Below, in pieces: positions 13,016-24,199 of a DNA stretch of 64,000 nucleotides (its first letter is position 1; each line of letters begins with the position of its first letter). The stretch is from contig NMRA01000112.1 in assembly GCA_002633005.1 (NCBI GenBank), positions 182,275 through 246,274 of the forward strand, written 5' to 3'. The translations under genes were made by a program, and so were the position numbers. Under the pieces are notes generated by a model. The model worked only from the letters and a program-made list of their open reading frames with translations, made no database searches and was not told the DNA's origin. The stretch comes from Phoronis australis. Taxonomy: Eukaryota > Animalia > Phoronida.

Positions 13016-14102
13016 GTAAGAACAGTTATTACATTGTCATGTTAAACGCGTAATTTTGTGTCGGCGACTTGCTTGTCACCAGGTGGCAGTAATGAACAAA
13101 GGTCAATCTTTTTAACTGAGTTGAAAGCTGAAAGTGGTTCAGTAGCATATGAGAGTCTGCAGGCTGACAGTCCCACAGGATTATCCAAATTTAAAAATTT
13201 CCAGTCTTTAACGTTATCTTCATAATAACTGCAGTTTGTTTTACATGCCACCAACTGAAGATATCTTCATTTTAAAGAAACTGGGGTGCATTAACTGTGT
13301 TATCTAAGTGTCTTGAGAGTGGTTACGCTGTTGAATGCTCCCCAGTTTGTGAATTGAGATGAAAGGTCATTTTTGGCAAAATAGGCAGAGCATTTCGCAG
13401 CAAAGTTTGGTGAAATTCAGCCAGTTTAGCCTACACTTTATTGCTGGAGTTTATTGACCCTCTGTTATTCCGAATCTAATGCACCGTGAGTGACCTATTG
13501 TCTAGCTCAGCAGAAGATAACTGACTTTCAAGGGAACTACTTTCTCAGGTCAAGTGGTCATTCACAACTGTTGCTATTATGGTGAAACAACTACCTTGCA
13601 TACTGTAATGGGTAAAGAATTGTGATAATTTCTGGTGAACAACCTCACCAGGAAGCATGTGCTTTTAGTCAAATTTTCTGCAAAATTCCACAAGAAAAGG
13701 TACAATAGAAATTAGAAATATTGTAGAATTTTCTACTTAACACAAAGAAACAAAGTTGCAGGAACTAACAAGGCATGGCCAAATTTCATTTCATGAATAA
13801 ATTCATGAACAGATTTCAAAATTAGTTTTCAAAATGTCCTTTTTTATTTCATTGGGCTTTTCAGATGAAAACAGATATTTTCATAAAATCATTAATTACA
13901 GCCTCAATTTTTGACGGTATCTTATTCAGAAACTAGCCCGTTTTGTCTGGAGAACAACGTCGATAACATAGTGTCTGTTTCATTTGAGTCTAATAAGCTG
14001 TTATTAGATACCATGTTCATGCCATGAATATTCCCACTAAACGAGATGACGTCACAACCCCACTGATCAGGGAAAACTGTGGGGTTTGGCCGATTGAACT
14101 AG

Positions 14103-15886
14103 ACCATATTTATCCACCTTGGTTGTGTTACGCTCAGCTCACAATCAAAGGGATCCCGTCTAGCTGCTCTATTCATTGAGTCACGAGCGAGGATAATTGG
14201 CTTCGCTCATGCGGATACGATCAGCTGATTACAATCTAGCCTAGATGACCGTACTTTTTATGAAGAGCGTTTTACGTAGTTTTGAGAAAAAAAAATGTTT
14301 GTACAACTTTGAATTTTTCAAATCGGCCCAGAATAAGAGATTCAGCAACACAGCAACACTCACGATTACTTTGATCGGCGTGCACAAATACAAAAATATA
14401 GGACCCAAGTTATTTAGATTTTGGAACACATGCATTGCAATATTCAAAATACGTTTATTATAGCTCTTACAAGCTGTAAAACGACGTTGTTTAATTTCAT
14501 TGTGCTCATTATTTTGTCATCTGTCAACTCAGAAATTTCCAAGATGTGATCTGCGGCGTGCGCGTATTTATACAAAACATGGGATCGCTATGTTCCTGAA
14601 GTACGAACATTAAGAAACTTAAGCATGCTGTTATTATTGACAGGGACACGATGAAATGAATTTGGATTTTGACGATAGTCTTGACTATAGGTACCACTGC
14701 GTCAGTATCTCCGTTAGACCCAGAAATTTCACACAGCCTGGGTAGTTCACCTCGTCACCTCATCCCCAACATGTAGATCGAGCCTAGGACTATTAATGTT
14801 TTACTCCACGGTGGAGCTAACAACCATCGGCCTGTGTACACAAAATCTGCGGATTAACCGGCACTCACCTTGCACATTGCAGCCGTTCAAGTGAAAAACA
14901 ATCTAATATATGCCATTTTCTTGCATAATCCTCCCCACTTTTGTAACAAAAGTCTGTCGTCGATGACCCGCACGCGCTCGCTCACCCACTCTCATATGCA
15001 GACGAACTTCAAAACAAACGTCACGTGACAACAACATGTGTGTTCATCCAGAGATTTTTCTCGTGTTGTGGGGTATGATGTAGCGCAGATTTGGACTTAA
15101 TCGCAATTAATCTGGACTCCACATGAACTTAAAAATTGTAAAACATAAGGAAGATTTCAGGTAATTTGTTGAGTCGAAACTGTATTTTTATTCAAGAATT
15201 CAAGTTTTCCTATTCAGCGACGTATCAGTCGGCAAGTTTTAGCCCTGGGATTTCAGCACAATTTTTCGAAAAATGATTGTAATTTAACAACGGAGTTTGA
15301 TAGCAATGCACCACAATTTTTTAGAAAGACTGTCATAGGCTACAAATACGTCACAGAGCAAAAATTTGATAAATCCTAGCTTCTGATTATACCCGTTTCA
15401 GAAACCGGGTTTCAACTGCCTTAGGCTACAATAAGCGTACCCTCCCCGTGAAATGAATTTTTGTAAGCGCCCGGTATACACTCAGCTTTCCACCAAGGCT
15501 AGGTGATGCTACGACATATTCTTTGTTGATTGTACAGATTGTTGCCAATTTTTTCTTGTTTCCATAGCATAATGATGACGGAAATGAAAACGTTGCAAAT
15601 TTTAATTGTAATGTTTGCATAATCCAGAAAATCAGAGGTCGGTAAACCAAGTTTTTTAAAACATTTTCGGCGAAAGACTAGCAGAAGATTCCCACTCTTT
15701 CAAAATTTCCATGAAGGTATTAACTATTCCATGCAGCATTATTTAACTGGTCTTAGCTAGTTATCATTTTATGGCCTGGTCATCCATTCAGCCAAAAGTA
15801 GTTCCATAGGTGGCTTATCAGCCAATTATTCACGCATGCTGACTCACAATAGAAGCCTGATACCAGTGAAGGTGGATCAATGTGGT
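14103..15886. mobile_element. About 1.8-kb non-autonomous DNA transposon-like element
   Basis: accatatttatccacctt (14103-14120) versus aaggtggatcaatgtggt (15869-15886), 16/18 inverted match; right part has a second copy at 292-820; no transposase ORF. Confidence 0.5.
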
Positions 15887-16913
15887 GTTCCTATAGTTTC
15901 TTGCAGTAGTGGATGTGTTCACAACAATTTGGCAAAATTTCTAAATTTTCATCAAACCACAAAGTAAGACATTAACTTTTAACCTGGACGCAAAGGTTAA
16001 TATTGAAATTAAGTACGGCATGAGTAACTAAACCATTGATGGGCAAGCAAATTTAAGTGCGATATTCGATTGCCATTCACAAAAGAAAGACACGAGCTGG
16101 TTAGTTTTAAAATGTTTTATTTAAGTAAACCTTTTTTACAAACAATATACACTTCTTGAGCAAAAGTGAAGTCTATAACTAATAGTCAAAGCATCACTTT
16201 CCAAATCACTGTGAAGACAAGATATACACCAGGTAATAAAAGTGTAATACTGGTTAAAATCCCTTCTTAATACCTGTTAGTAATATACATATATATTGGT
16301 CCTAGTTAATAGCGACATAGACTAAAGCAGAAAAGTTAAATATTCACTCAGTCTGGTTGTATAAGATCCGAATCTGTCCAAAATGACCAGGTACCAAAAT
16401 GCACAGTGGCACACTGCATAAAATTAAGATTTTTATTAGGGCTGCTATGCAGTAACTAACTACTGTGTATCACACTATGTACTACAGGAAGAAGTTTATA
16501 CTGAAACTTACATATCTTATTATATATCTATAAAATATCTACAAAAATACGGCAAAGCACAAGTACACGCAATTGCATCCACAGTCTCTCTGGCATAATA
16601 ATACCGCAAAATATACAACAACAAGTACGTAAATCAGGTATTAAGCAACTTGGTGTACAAAATATGACTGCTGAGTAACAAGACCAGGGTCACCATCATA
16701 TCGAATTTGTTCAATGAACATCAAAAGGACAAATAACATTTGTGTCTGCAACGTCAGGTGACGGTGGACTGCCATCTACTCAGTAAATGCATGTCCAGGG
16801 GTCTTGTAACACAAAAGTTTAAGTCTAGAAACGTTCCATTGTTGGCATGATGTCATCAGCACTAATACATAATTATTGAAGAGTCAAACTATAGGCAGTA
16901 GCCTATTAGCAGC

Positions 16914-17156
16914 CAGCCCGTTACAACCTGGCCCGTTACAGCCTGGCCCGTTACAGCCTGGCCCGTTACAGCCTGGCCCGTTACAGCCTGGCCCGTTACA
17001 GCCTGGCCCGTTACAGCCTGGCCCGTTACAGCCGGCCCGTTACAGCCGGCCCGTTACAGCCGGCCCGTTACAGCCTGGCCCGTTACAGCCGGCCCGTTGC
17101 AGCCATCCCGTTACAGCCGGCCCATTACAGCCGGCCCGTTACAGCTAGCCTATTAC
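16914..17156. repeat. 14/15-bp minisatellite, about 16 copies (possibly sub-repeat terminus of a Mutator-like element)
   Basis: Unit cagcc(t)ggcccgtta; produces the spurious (PLQPG)n ORF. Confidence 0.95.
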
Positions 17157-18699
17157 AAAGACTTATGGATCAACAACCACTTCAACCGAGTTTGAAGTAT
17201 TATGATCCAAGCGTGTTTTCATGACGAAATTTTAGGAGGTTTGTTAAGTAATGGAATGAAATGAAAAAAATTTTGGAATTATCGTAAATTAATAATCTTG
17301 TGTTTAATAACACAACTGGTAAATTGAGACAATATATACGCCTAAACCTGCAGGATTATCCCTCTAGTGCTACTGTTACATTGACACGCTTTCTAAAACT
17401 TGCCGCATTCATATTGTTTGCTAATTGCTCGGGTGCGGGTTCCAGAGGCAAACAACCCTATCTGTCCAGCTAATAACAATTGTTAGACTGACTGGCTTAG
17501 ACATCATCGAATCAAAATGAACTATAAATATACTGAAATATAATAAAAAGAAAATAAAAACAGCTTCGCCTTTCTTGCTCTTGTCGTGGAAGCACTCGAA
17601 TGCGGATTTCGTTAGACGAAACGGTACTCGCCACCGGCACTGGGCCAGCGTGGGACGCATACAACATACAATGTAGCGATCATGTGTGACATCGACGTCA
17701 TCAATCACAACGTCTGCTCGTATGACAACAGCTCGACCACAGCCTCCACTTTTTCGCTGCACTTCAACACAGCCAAAGTAGCCGTCTATTAAAAAATCAT
17801 GTTAAGAAATGCCCGACCATGTTGCATGACGTAAACAAACTTTCGTTGAGTCACTATCATAACTCATGCGGGGTTGGAATAGTTTAAAAAATTATGCCAC
17901 CCCAGCGAAATGTGCTACATTATGCGATACTGATTGACAAGAACCTTTTCAAATATCTTTTGAACAGTCACATGTTTTGTTATTTTTCAAAACTTTTCGA
18001 ACAGAATGAACTAAACAAGTGGAAAAGCGTACATGAATATTCATACGTGCTTAGGGCCAGAGCCAAAGTACTTAGACAACACAACAACAAATTCAAATGT
18101 GTGAGGTATGATTTTGCAGTAATTTTTATCATTAATTTGAATAAAATATCAAACGTGATCTCCGACAAAAAGTTTAGAAGTTGTGTTTTTGGAACTGAAA
18201 ATAACTAGGCTGAAGTAATAAAGCTTTATGACCAGTTAATTGACAGTGTACACAGGTCACACAATGGGGCTAGTTACGTAACTATGGAGATCTTATGCTG
18301 ATAAATCCTTCTGAAATCTTTTGTGCTCTACCAGACACTTCGCTTTGTAAAACGCGGCGCTTTCGAGCTTTACTTCACCAGACTGTTGCTATATGCGATA
18401 AGAAATTTCATTTTTGGTAAATTTCTCAACAAAAATAGGGATTACAATATTAATAATCTGTTTGGTTGTGTTGTGTTGTATGGTGTAGATGTTATAAAAC
18501 AACATTTTTTTAAGTTTACATTATTTACAGCTTTGAGAAATAGGAACATGACATAGGTGGCAGTCAGTGTTCTTCTAGGAAACAAGTCAAAAATCTTTCT
18601 CTTCTGTAAGATCTTGATTGTATGGACAGCTACTAGAGCAAAGTACTAATTACTGATGCAAATCATGTCGCATCAAGTTAATATTGTCCTCTAATTCTG

Positions 18700-19005
18700 T
18701 GGCCATGAACCAATGTGGCCTTGTGGGTTGTGTGGCTGAGATCGTTTGTTCGAATCCTACTGGACCACAGAGCTAGATCCTTGGGTAAGGTCTTGAGCTC
18801 CTCAGCTTGGTCTTAATGTGTGTAAGGTAAATAAAATATGAATCCCACTGGACCACAGGGCTAGACCCTTGGGTGAGCACTCGAGCTCCTCAGCTTGGTC
18901 TTAATGTGTGTAAGGTAAATAAAATATGAATCCCACTGGACCACAGGGCTAGATCCTTGGGTGAGCACTCGAGCTCCTCAGCTTGGTGTTAATGTGTGTA
19001 AGGTC
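18700..19005 (+). mobile_element. tRNA-derived CORE-like SINE remnant whose body is triplicated (3 x 88 bp)
   Basis: B-box gttcgaatcc at about 18748-18757, then ccttgggtaag...cctcag resembling the CORE-SINE domain; units start 18752, 18840, 18928. Confidence 0.6.
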
Positions 19006-19160
19006 ATATGCTTTGGATTACGAAAAATGGTTTCACCTGTTTGTTGCAATAGGTTCAGCTGTATCCTGTACATGTCTGTGTGTCAGACCACCTGCATTTT
19101 GTTATTAACAGTACAATTGGTCCATGTCCTTCAGTGATAATCCTTTTCTGATTTTTATAG

Positions 19161-19253
19161 GATGTAGCAGTGATTGTCCTCTAATTGATCATAAGGTCAA
19201 CATGGTCGACAGGAACATTATCAGTGACAAGCGACCCTCTACACTCTGTACAG
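19161..19253 (+). CDS. Sushi receptor exon E: cytoplasmic tail
   Basis: Acceptor ttttctgatttttatag, donor cag|gtaatg; 93 nt, phase 1-1; GCSSDCPLIDHKVNMVDRNIISDKRPSTLCT. Confidence 0.7.
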
Positions 19254-19643
19254 GTAATGTCTTTATATTCCACCTATATCCACTCCTTCAGGCCTTAATT
19301 GTAATCCTGAATTGTGCCAAGACACATGTAATGTGCAACTAACATCATCTTATGGAAATTTTTAGGCCATACTGGAGTGCAACAAAATGAATCGCGCCAG
19401 CATTTATCTGGCCAATCGTGTGAAGTATTGCAGCAGACTCTGCCTTCTCCAAGGTGTATACAAACAAAAGGATCAGCCAGCACTTATGGGGGTGCTCAAG
19501 AAACACATCTGAATAGTAAGTACAGTCAAAATCCTCATATATGCTAAAGGGTCAATTAATGGTTGATTCGATATCCACTAGGTGTCGCTAATGAAAAAAA
19601 GTGCTAGTTTTTGATACTGAGTAGATTGAGAAGAGAAAGCAGA

Positions 19644-20081
19644 TCAGAATGTTTGCGTTCATGTGATAAGGAATCCACGTGATTTGTCAAAATGTTTGCG
19701 TTCGTGTGATAAGAAATCCACGTGATTTGTCAGAATGTTTGCGTTCATGTGATAAGGAATCCACGTGATTTGTCAGAATGTTTGCGTTCATGTGATAAGA
19801 AATCCACGTGATTTGTCAGAATGTTTGCGTTCATGTGATAAGGAATCCACGTGATTTGTCAGAATGTTTGCGTTCATGTGATAAGGAATCCACGTGATTT
19901 GTCAGAATGTTTGCGTTCATGTGATAAGGAATCCACGTGATTTGTCAGAATGTTTGCGTTCATGTGATAAGGAAACCCCGTGATTTGTCTGAATGTTTGC
20001 GTTCATGTGATAAGGAATCCACGTGATTTGTCTGAATGTTTGTGTTCATGTGATAAGGAATCCACGTGATTTGTCTGAATG
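19644..20081. repeat. Minisatellite, 10 x 43 bp
   Basis: Unit tcagaatgtttgcgttcatgtgataaggaatccacgtgatttg, near-identical copies with no spacers. Confidence 0.97.
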
Positions 20082-20782
20082 CGGACATTCTATGTTAAGG
20101 TCTCATTAAGTTTATGCGGAACCTTGTCATCAGGTCTGTGTGTTAAGCCAGTAAATTGTAACTCTGTATAAGGCCTGTTGAATTTCAATTTTGACTTTTT
20201 ACCAATCTGTGTTTATTAAGTATGTATTATTATGTATCCATGTCTTTTATGTAAAATTAGCAAAAAATAAAGGTATGTGGTAACAAAACAACAGTGTCAA
20301 TAGCGTGGCCACATTAAATTTGATATAAATGTTGATGGTGTAATCTCAGTTTTCTAAATTTTCTTTTCATTTAATTGTACAACTTTTAATTTTTCTTGAA
20401 AATCACAGCAAAACTCCTATGATTTGATAAGTCCTCATGCACAAGTGGAATATTTTTAACACAATATTTAACAGTTTTTATGGAGAACAATGCAATAAGC
20501 AGAGTATGTGAAAGTTTCATGTGAATCCCATCGGCCATTTGTGAGATATCGTGTTCTGAAGTTGGCCTTTTGTCTAGGGTCCTACGTGACTTTAAAGTAG
20601 TTTGCACATGATTCATTCTCGGGGATGAGGTATTGAACGCATGACATAACTTCTCTCATTCATGGGTATTTGTTGATGTTGGCTTTTTACACTTTTTGTT
20701 GAACCTCTCACTGTAAACCGGGTAATGACACCAAAAATTGCTTTATACATGATATGGGAATAGGATTTACACACCTTGCTAC

Positions 20783-20895
20783 ACCAAGGTTAGGCTAGGC
20801 GAGGTACATTTCTCTGCGCGGTCTCTTGGGACATCAAAGGAATTCTGGCAATGGCAAGGTACGCCCCAGCCTAGCCTATTCATGAAGACATGCCT
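20783..20895. repeat. Dispersed repeat; inverted copy at about 29815-29935
   Basis: aaggtacgccccagcc...agcctattcatgaagaca matches reverse complement of tgtctttatggataggct...ggctggggcgtacctt. Confidence 0.7.
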
Positions 20896-21684
20896 GAGTT
20901 AATTGAGTCTATAAATCTTTGTTAGAAAGTTGTGAGCTGGTAATTTTTTCCATAAGAGTAGGTTTACTGCATTGGAAACACAAAGGAAATGGTAATGCAC
21001 TGTCTGTAGGTCGTGACTGGGGTGTAACATGTAAGTTCGTCTTATAAGTCCTGAATCCCGCTGCTTGAAACTTTCGTCCTCATTGTATTGATGCTGTAGT
21101 TCGCACCGAACATGTGTCCACTTACCTTACTGCCATCTTGGAACGCAGCTTATGACAATGTGTTGCAGTGCTGTGGGGTGAAAGACACTCATACTATCCG
21201 AGCTTGATGAGAATTACAAACTGAATAGCTAGTTTGTGATGTAGCTATCAATGACGTATTGCAATAAGCCGTACAGCTTTGCTCGAATTCACGTTTTGCA
21301 CAAAAATGTCCAATTTCTTTTAATTGAAGGTCTTTTTATGCATCAGAGTTTGAAATGTTGTCAAGCATCTTTAATGTGCTTTTATGAATCTAAAATGCAT
21401 GTTAGATGCTTGCAGTTCATTTTCTGATGTAAATTTTAGCAAGAATATGATTGGTCATAAAATATGTTGTGTTATGAAAAACCTCTGACAGTAAATAAAT
21501 GATTTGTTATTCATGAGCAAGGTCAGAATTGGTGTTTTTACATGAGAGTGTGGCTGAATGTGAGGCTAAAATTGCCCAACCCTCTCGTTTGCCTTGCTTT
21601 GCCCAACTGCATTGAGCTCTTGTTTTTAAGGTGATCAGAAAGTTATCTTTTGTGTGTTTGCCTGATCAGTTTTACTTGTTACAG

Positions 21685-21735
21685 ATGAAGACGTTTATAA
21701 GTTAGACTTTATTCCTGCGAAAAATGTCGAAATAG
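21685..21735 (+). CDS. Sushi receptor exon F: cytoplasmic mini-exon with acidic Tyr motif
   Basis: Acceptor ttttacttgttacag, donor tag|gtaagt; 51 nt, phase 1-1; DEDVYKLDFIPAKNVEI. Confidence 0.72.
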
Positions 21736-21944
21736 GTAAGTCTAAGATGAAGAAATATCAAAAGGTGTGTTTCCGTGCAATGAATTTTTCTGCACCCAAG
21801 TATACATACAATACAGGATAAAATTAACTTTCCCGTGAACTTCTCTTCATTCTCGATCATGAGGGAACACTACTCTGATGATTAATTCCTCTTCAGCACA
21901 ACCATCATAATGCTGAGTTGGGGCTCATTTTGTCTGAATACTTT

Positions 21945-22200
21945 TGGCTTGCACTGTATGTGTATGTTGCCGCCATCATCTGTCTGTGTGTCCGATGTTT
22001 TTTGCAAAACCAATGGTTGGCGATGTGTTTTGAACTTATTCGACTACTGCTATGTCCCCTAGTGGCAATTTTGGGTTTTATGTGCCCAAATCTAAAACAT
22101 GCGGTTGCATTTTGTAGTCATCCTGTCCGGTTGTTCGGGTGTCTGTGAGATATTTCAAAAAGCAAGGCTGATTTCGATCAAATTTGGCTCAAAGGTGCAA
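21945..22200 (+). repeat. Degenerate fragment of the same DINE/Helentron-like family as 27981-30446
   Basis: ttcgactactg...cccctagtggcaatttt and gatttcgatcaaatttggc blocks shared with the 28-29.6 kb array. Confidence 0.6.
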
Positions 22201-24116
22201 AGCATCACTGAGGCAACACAAGGCAACCTTTTTCAAGTCCCCCCCTCCCCCCCAGGGCCAGAGCTCTTCAGTGGTTTTAGTGGGTGATGAGTGTTTCTTG
22301 ATTTTATCTAGAGAACTGGTTTGTAACAAGGAAAGATTGGTAACAACAATGGGTTGACACCAACGATTTTAGGCAGTTTTGACCACTGCAGCGCCCACTG
22401 TTTTGTCTGTTTTGGTCTTTATAAGGTTTTTTTATTACTTTTGGGGAAAAGTGTTTTTGTATTGTATCTTGAGAAGCTATAATGGGTTTCAGTGAAACTT
22501 GACACAGCCAAGTGTATATTTGTCAGCCAGTCAGGGTGGGGCTTTTCAGTATTTTTGTGGGATTTTTGATAACTGACTTTAACCACAATGCGCCAGCACC
22601 AGTAGACTTTTTGGCAGATTCGATCTCTGCAGTACCCCAATGGCCATTTTGGTTTTGTCAAGAGGCTTTTTCAGTACTTAAGGAGGAGAGCTTATTTCCA
22701 TACATCTAACAAGGTGATGGATTTTAAAGTGACATAATTGGCGAGAAAAATGATCTTCAGACCTCAGCCACAGCACAGATTCTAATGTGAAGCTTTCTGC
22801 TACATCCCATACCATAAACTACACTGAGTAGTTAAAACTAGTGAAGTCACAATCCTTAATGTCAGTGTATGTCTGGCAGACATAGGTGGGAATTGCCGAT
22901 TTGTAATAAAATTACAAAAACCAGATTTTAATTTTTATAGCTTTGTTCAAAGCATGTCTATCCTATCCAACAGTGATCCCAAGAATGTGTTTTCAGCCAT
23001 AAAAATAATCGTCGGTTTAATGTAGCTTCATGCAGAGATATATGACAGCACTCTGCTGGCGCCAGTCGATTTTCACGTGGATTCAACCATTCCGTCACCT
23101 TCTAGTGACTGTTTTGGTCTGATCTTTTCACTATTTTTGTGGGAAAGAGCATTTACAGGTGATGGTTAGGGAACTGAATTTATGGATTTTAGTGAAACTT
23201 GACTCAGGGGTATTTGCCAGCAATGTGCCGGGACCACAGTCACTTTTGGGACAGATTTGACCTAAGCAATAGTTTTGTCCGGTTTCCGTCTGCTCAGTGT
23301 CTCAAAAACCCAAGTTTAATGAGATTGATGAGATTTGGCTCAAGGAATGTAGGACGTCACTACGGTAGTGCATGTTTTTGCAACTTTCTAATCTGTCCTG
23401 GGGCCTGGTGCAGTATTTTTTGGGAAGACAATGTACTGATGATATCTAGAGACGTGTTTTACAGATTGCAATGAAATCTAACACCAATGCAATGCACCTG
23501 GTGAGCACTCATCAAACCCTGCATTGCTCTTGTTAAGCTACATTTTTTGGCTCTCTTTGCTGTGAATTGATGTAGGTATCTCTTGTATCACGTGATGCGA
23601 TATTGTCTTTTATCGCCACTAATTTAGTGGATGCTTTTTGCATTCTAAAAGTGCATTCCTACCAATTTCTATCTTTTCATTACATCAGTGTTAGGATATT
23701 TATTTCTGAGTAAGAGAACCTGACATGAGTTATTCGTGCCCCGTGTGGTAAACGTACTTCTGTGTAACTAAAATAAATTTGACCTAGTTTCTAACACGCA
23801 CAACCTCTACTTACACGCACAGGGGGTGAGGCTAGTATCTTTAACTTCCACACTGCACTTATAAATGTTACATCTGAGTTGATCAACCTGATTTCTTGTG
23901 TTTGGTATCTTCGTTGACTAGGGCCCAAAACCACCAAACTGTTGCTGAGACTCATTTAAAAATTGACTAATAGTGTGGCACAGTGTGGTTTAACTAAATT
24001 TTCACGCCAATGTTATTCATGGAGTTCAGTTGTTCCGGGTCTAAAGAATGGTCAGTTGTGCTCATGAATCAGTTGTTGTTGTTGCCTTTCATATTTATGG
24101 GTTTTATATTCTTTAG

Positions 24117-24199
24117 ATTATGATCGGAATCATCAATGTCGCAGTTCCAGTCTCCTAGATGTTAGAGTTCCACCTGTGGGCGAGTCTGCGCAGTTGTAG
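24117..24199 (+). CDS. Sushi receptor terminal coding exon
   Basis: Acceptor gttttatattctttag; phase 1; DYDRNHQCRSSSLLDVRVPPVGESAQL then TAG at 24197-24199; followed by long AT/GT-rich sequence. Confidence 0.68.

Noticed and set aside
16876-17148. ORF encoding a (PLQPG)n repeat protein
   Set aside because: Translation of a 15/14-bp minisatellite; 14-bp units shift frame, start is TTG and there are no splice signals
17421-17790. CpG-rich minus-strand ORF or exon within the sushi gene intron
   Set aside because: No recognisable domain and no partner exons; probably transposon-derived
18700-18770. tRNA gene
   Set aside because: Only a B-box is evident; no cloverleaf, better explained as a SINE head
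19644-20081. CRISPR-like array
   Set aside because: Units are contiguous with no unique spacers, no cas genes, eukaryotic intron context; the same applies to the 44-bp repeat at 12105-12285
24188-24199. C-terminal AQL as PDZ class I ligand or peroxisomal signal
   Set aside because: Position -2 is Ala rather than Ser/Thr, and PTS1 is implausible for a type I membrane protein
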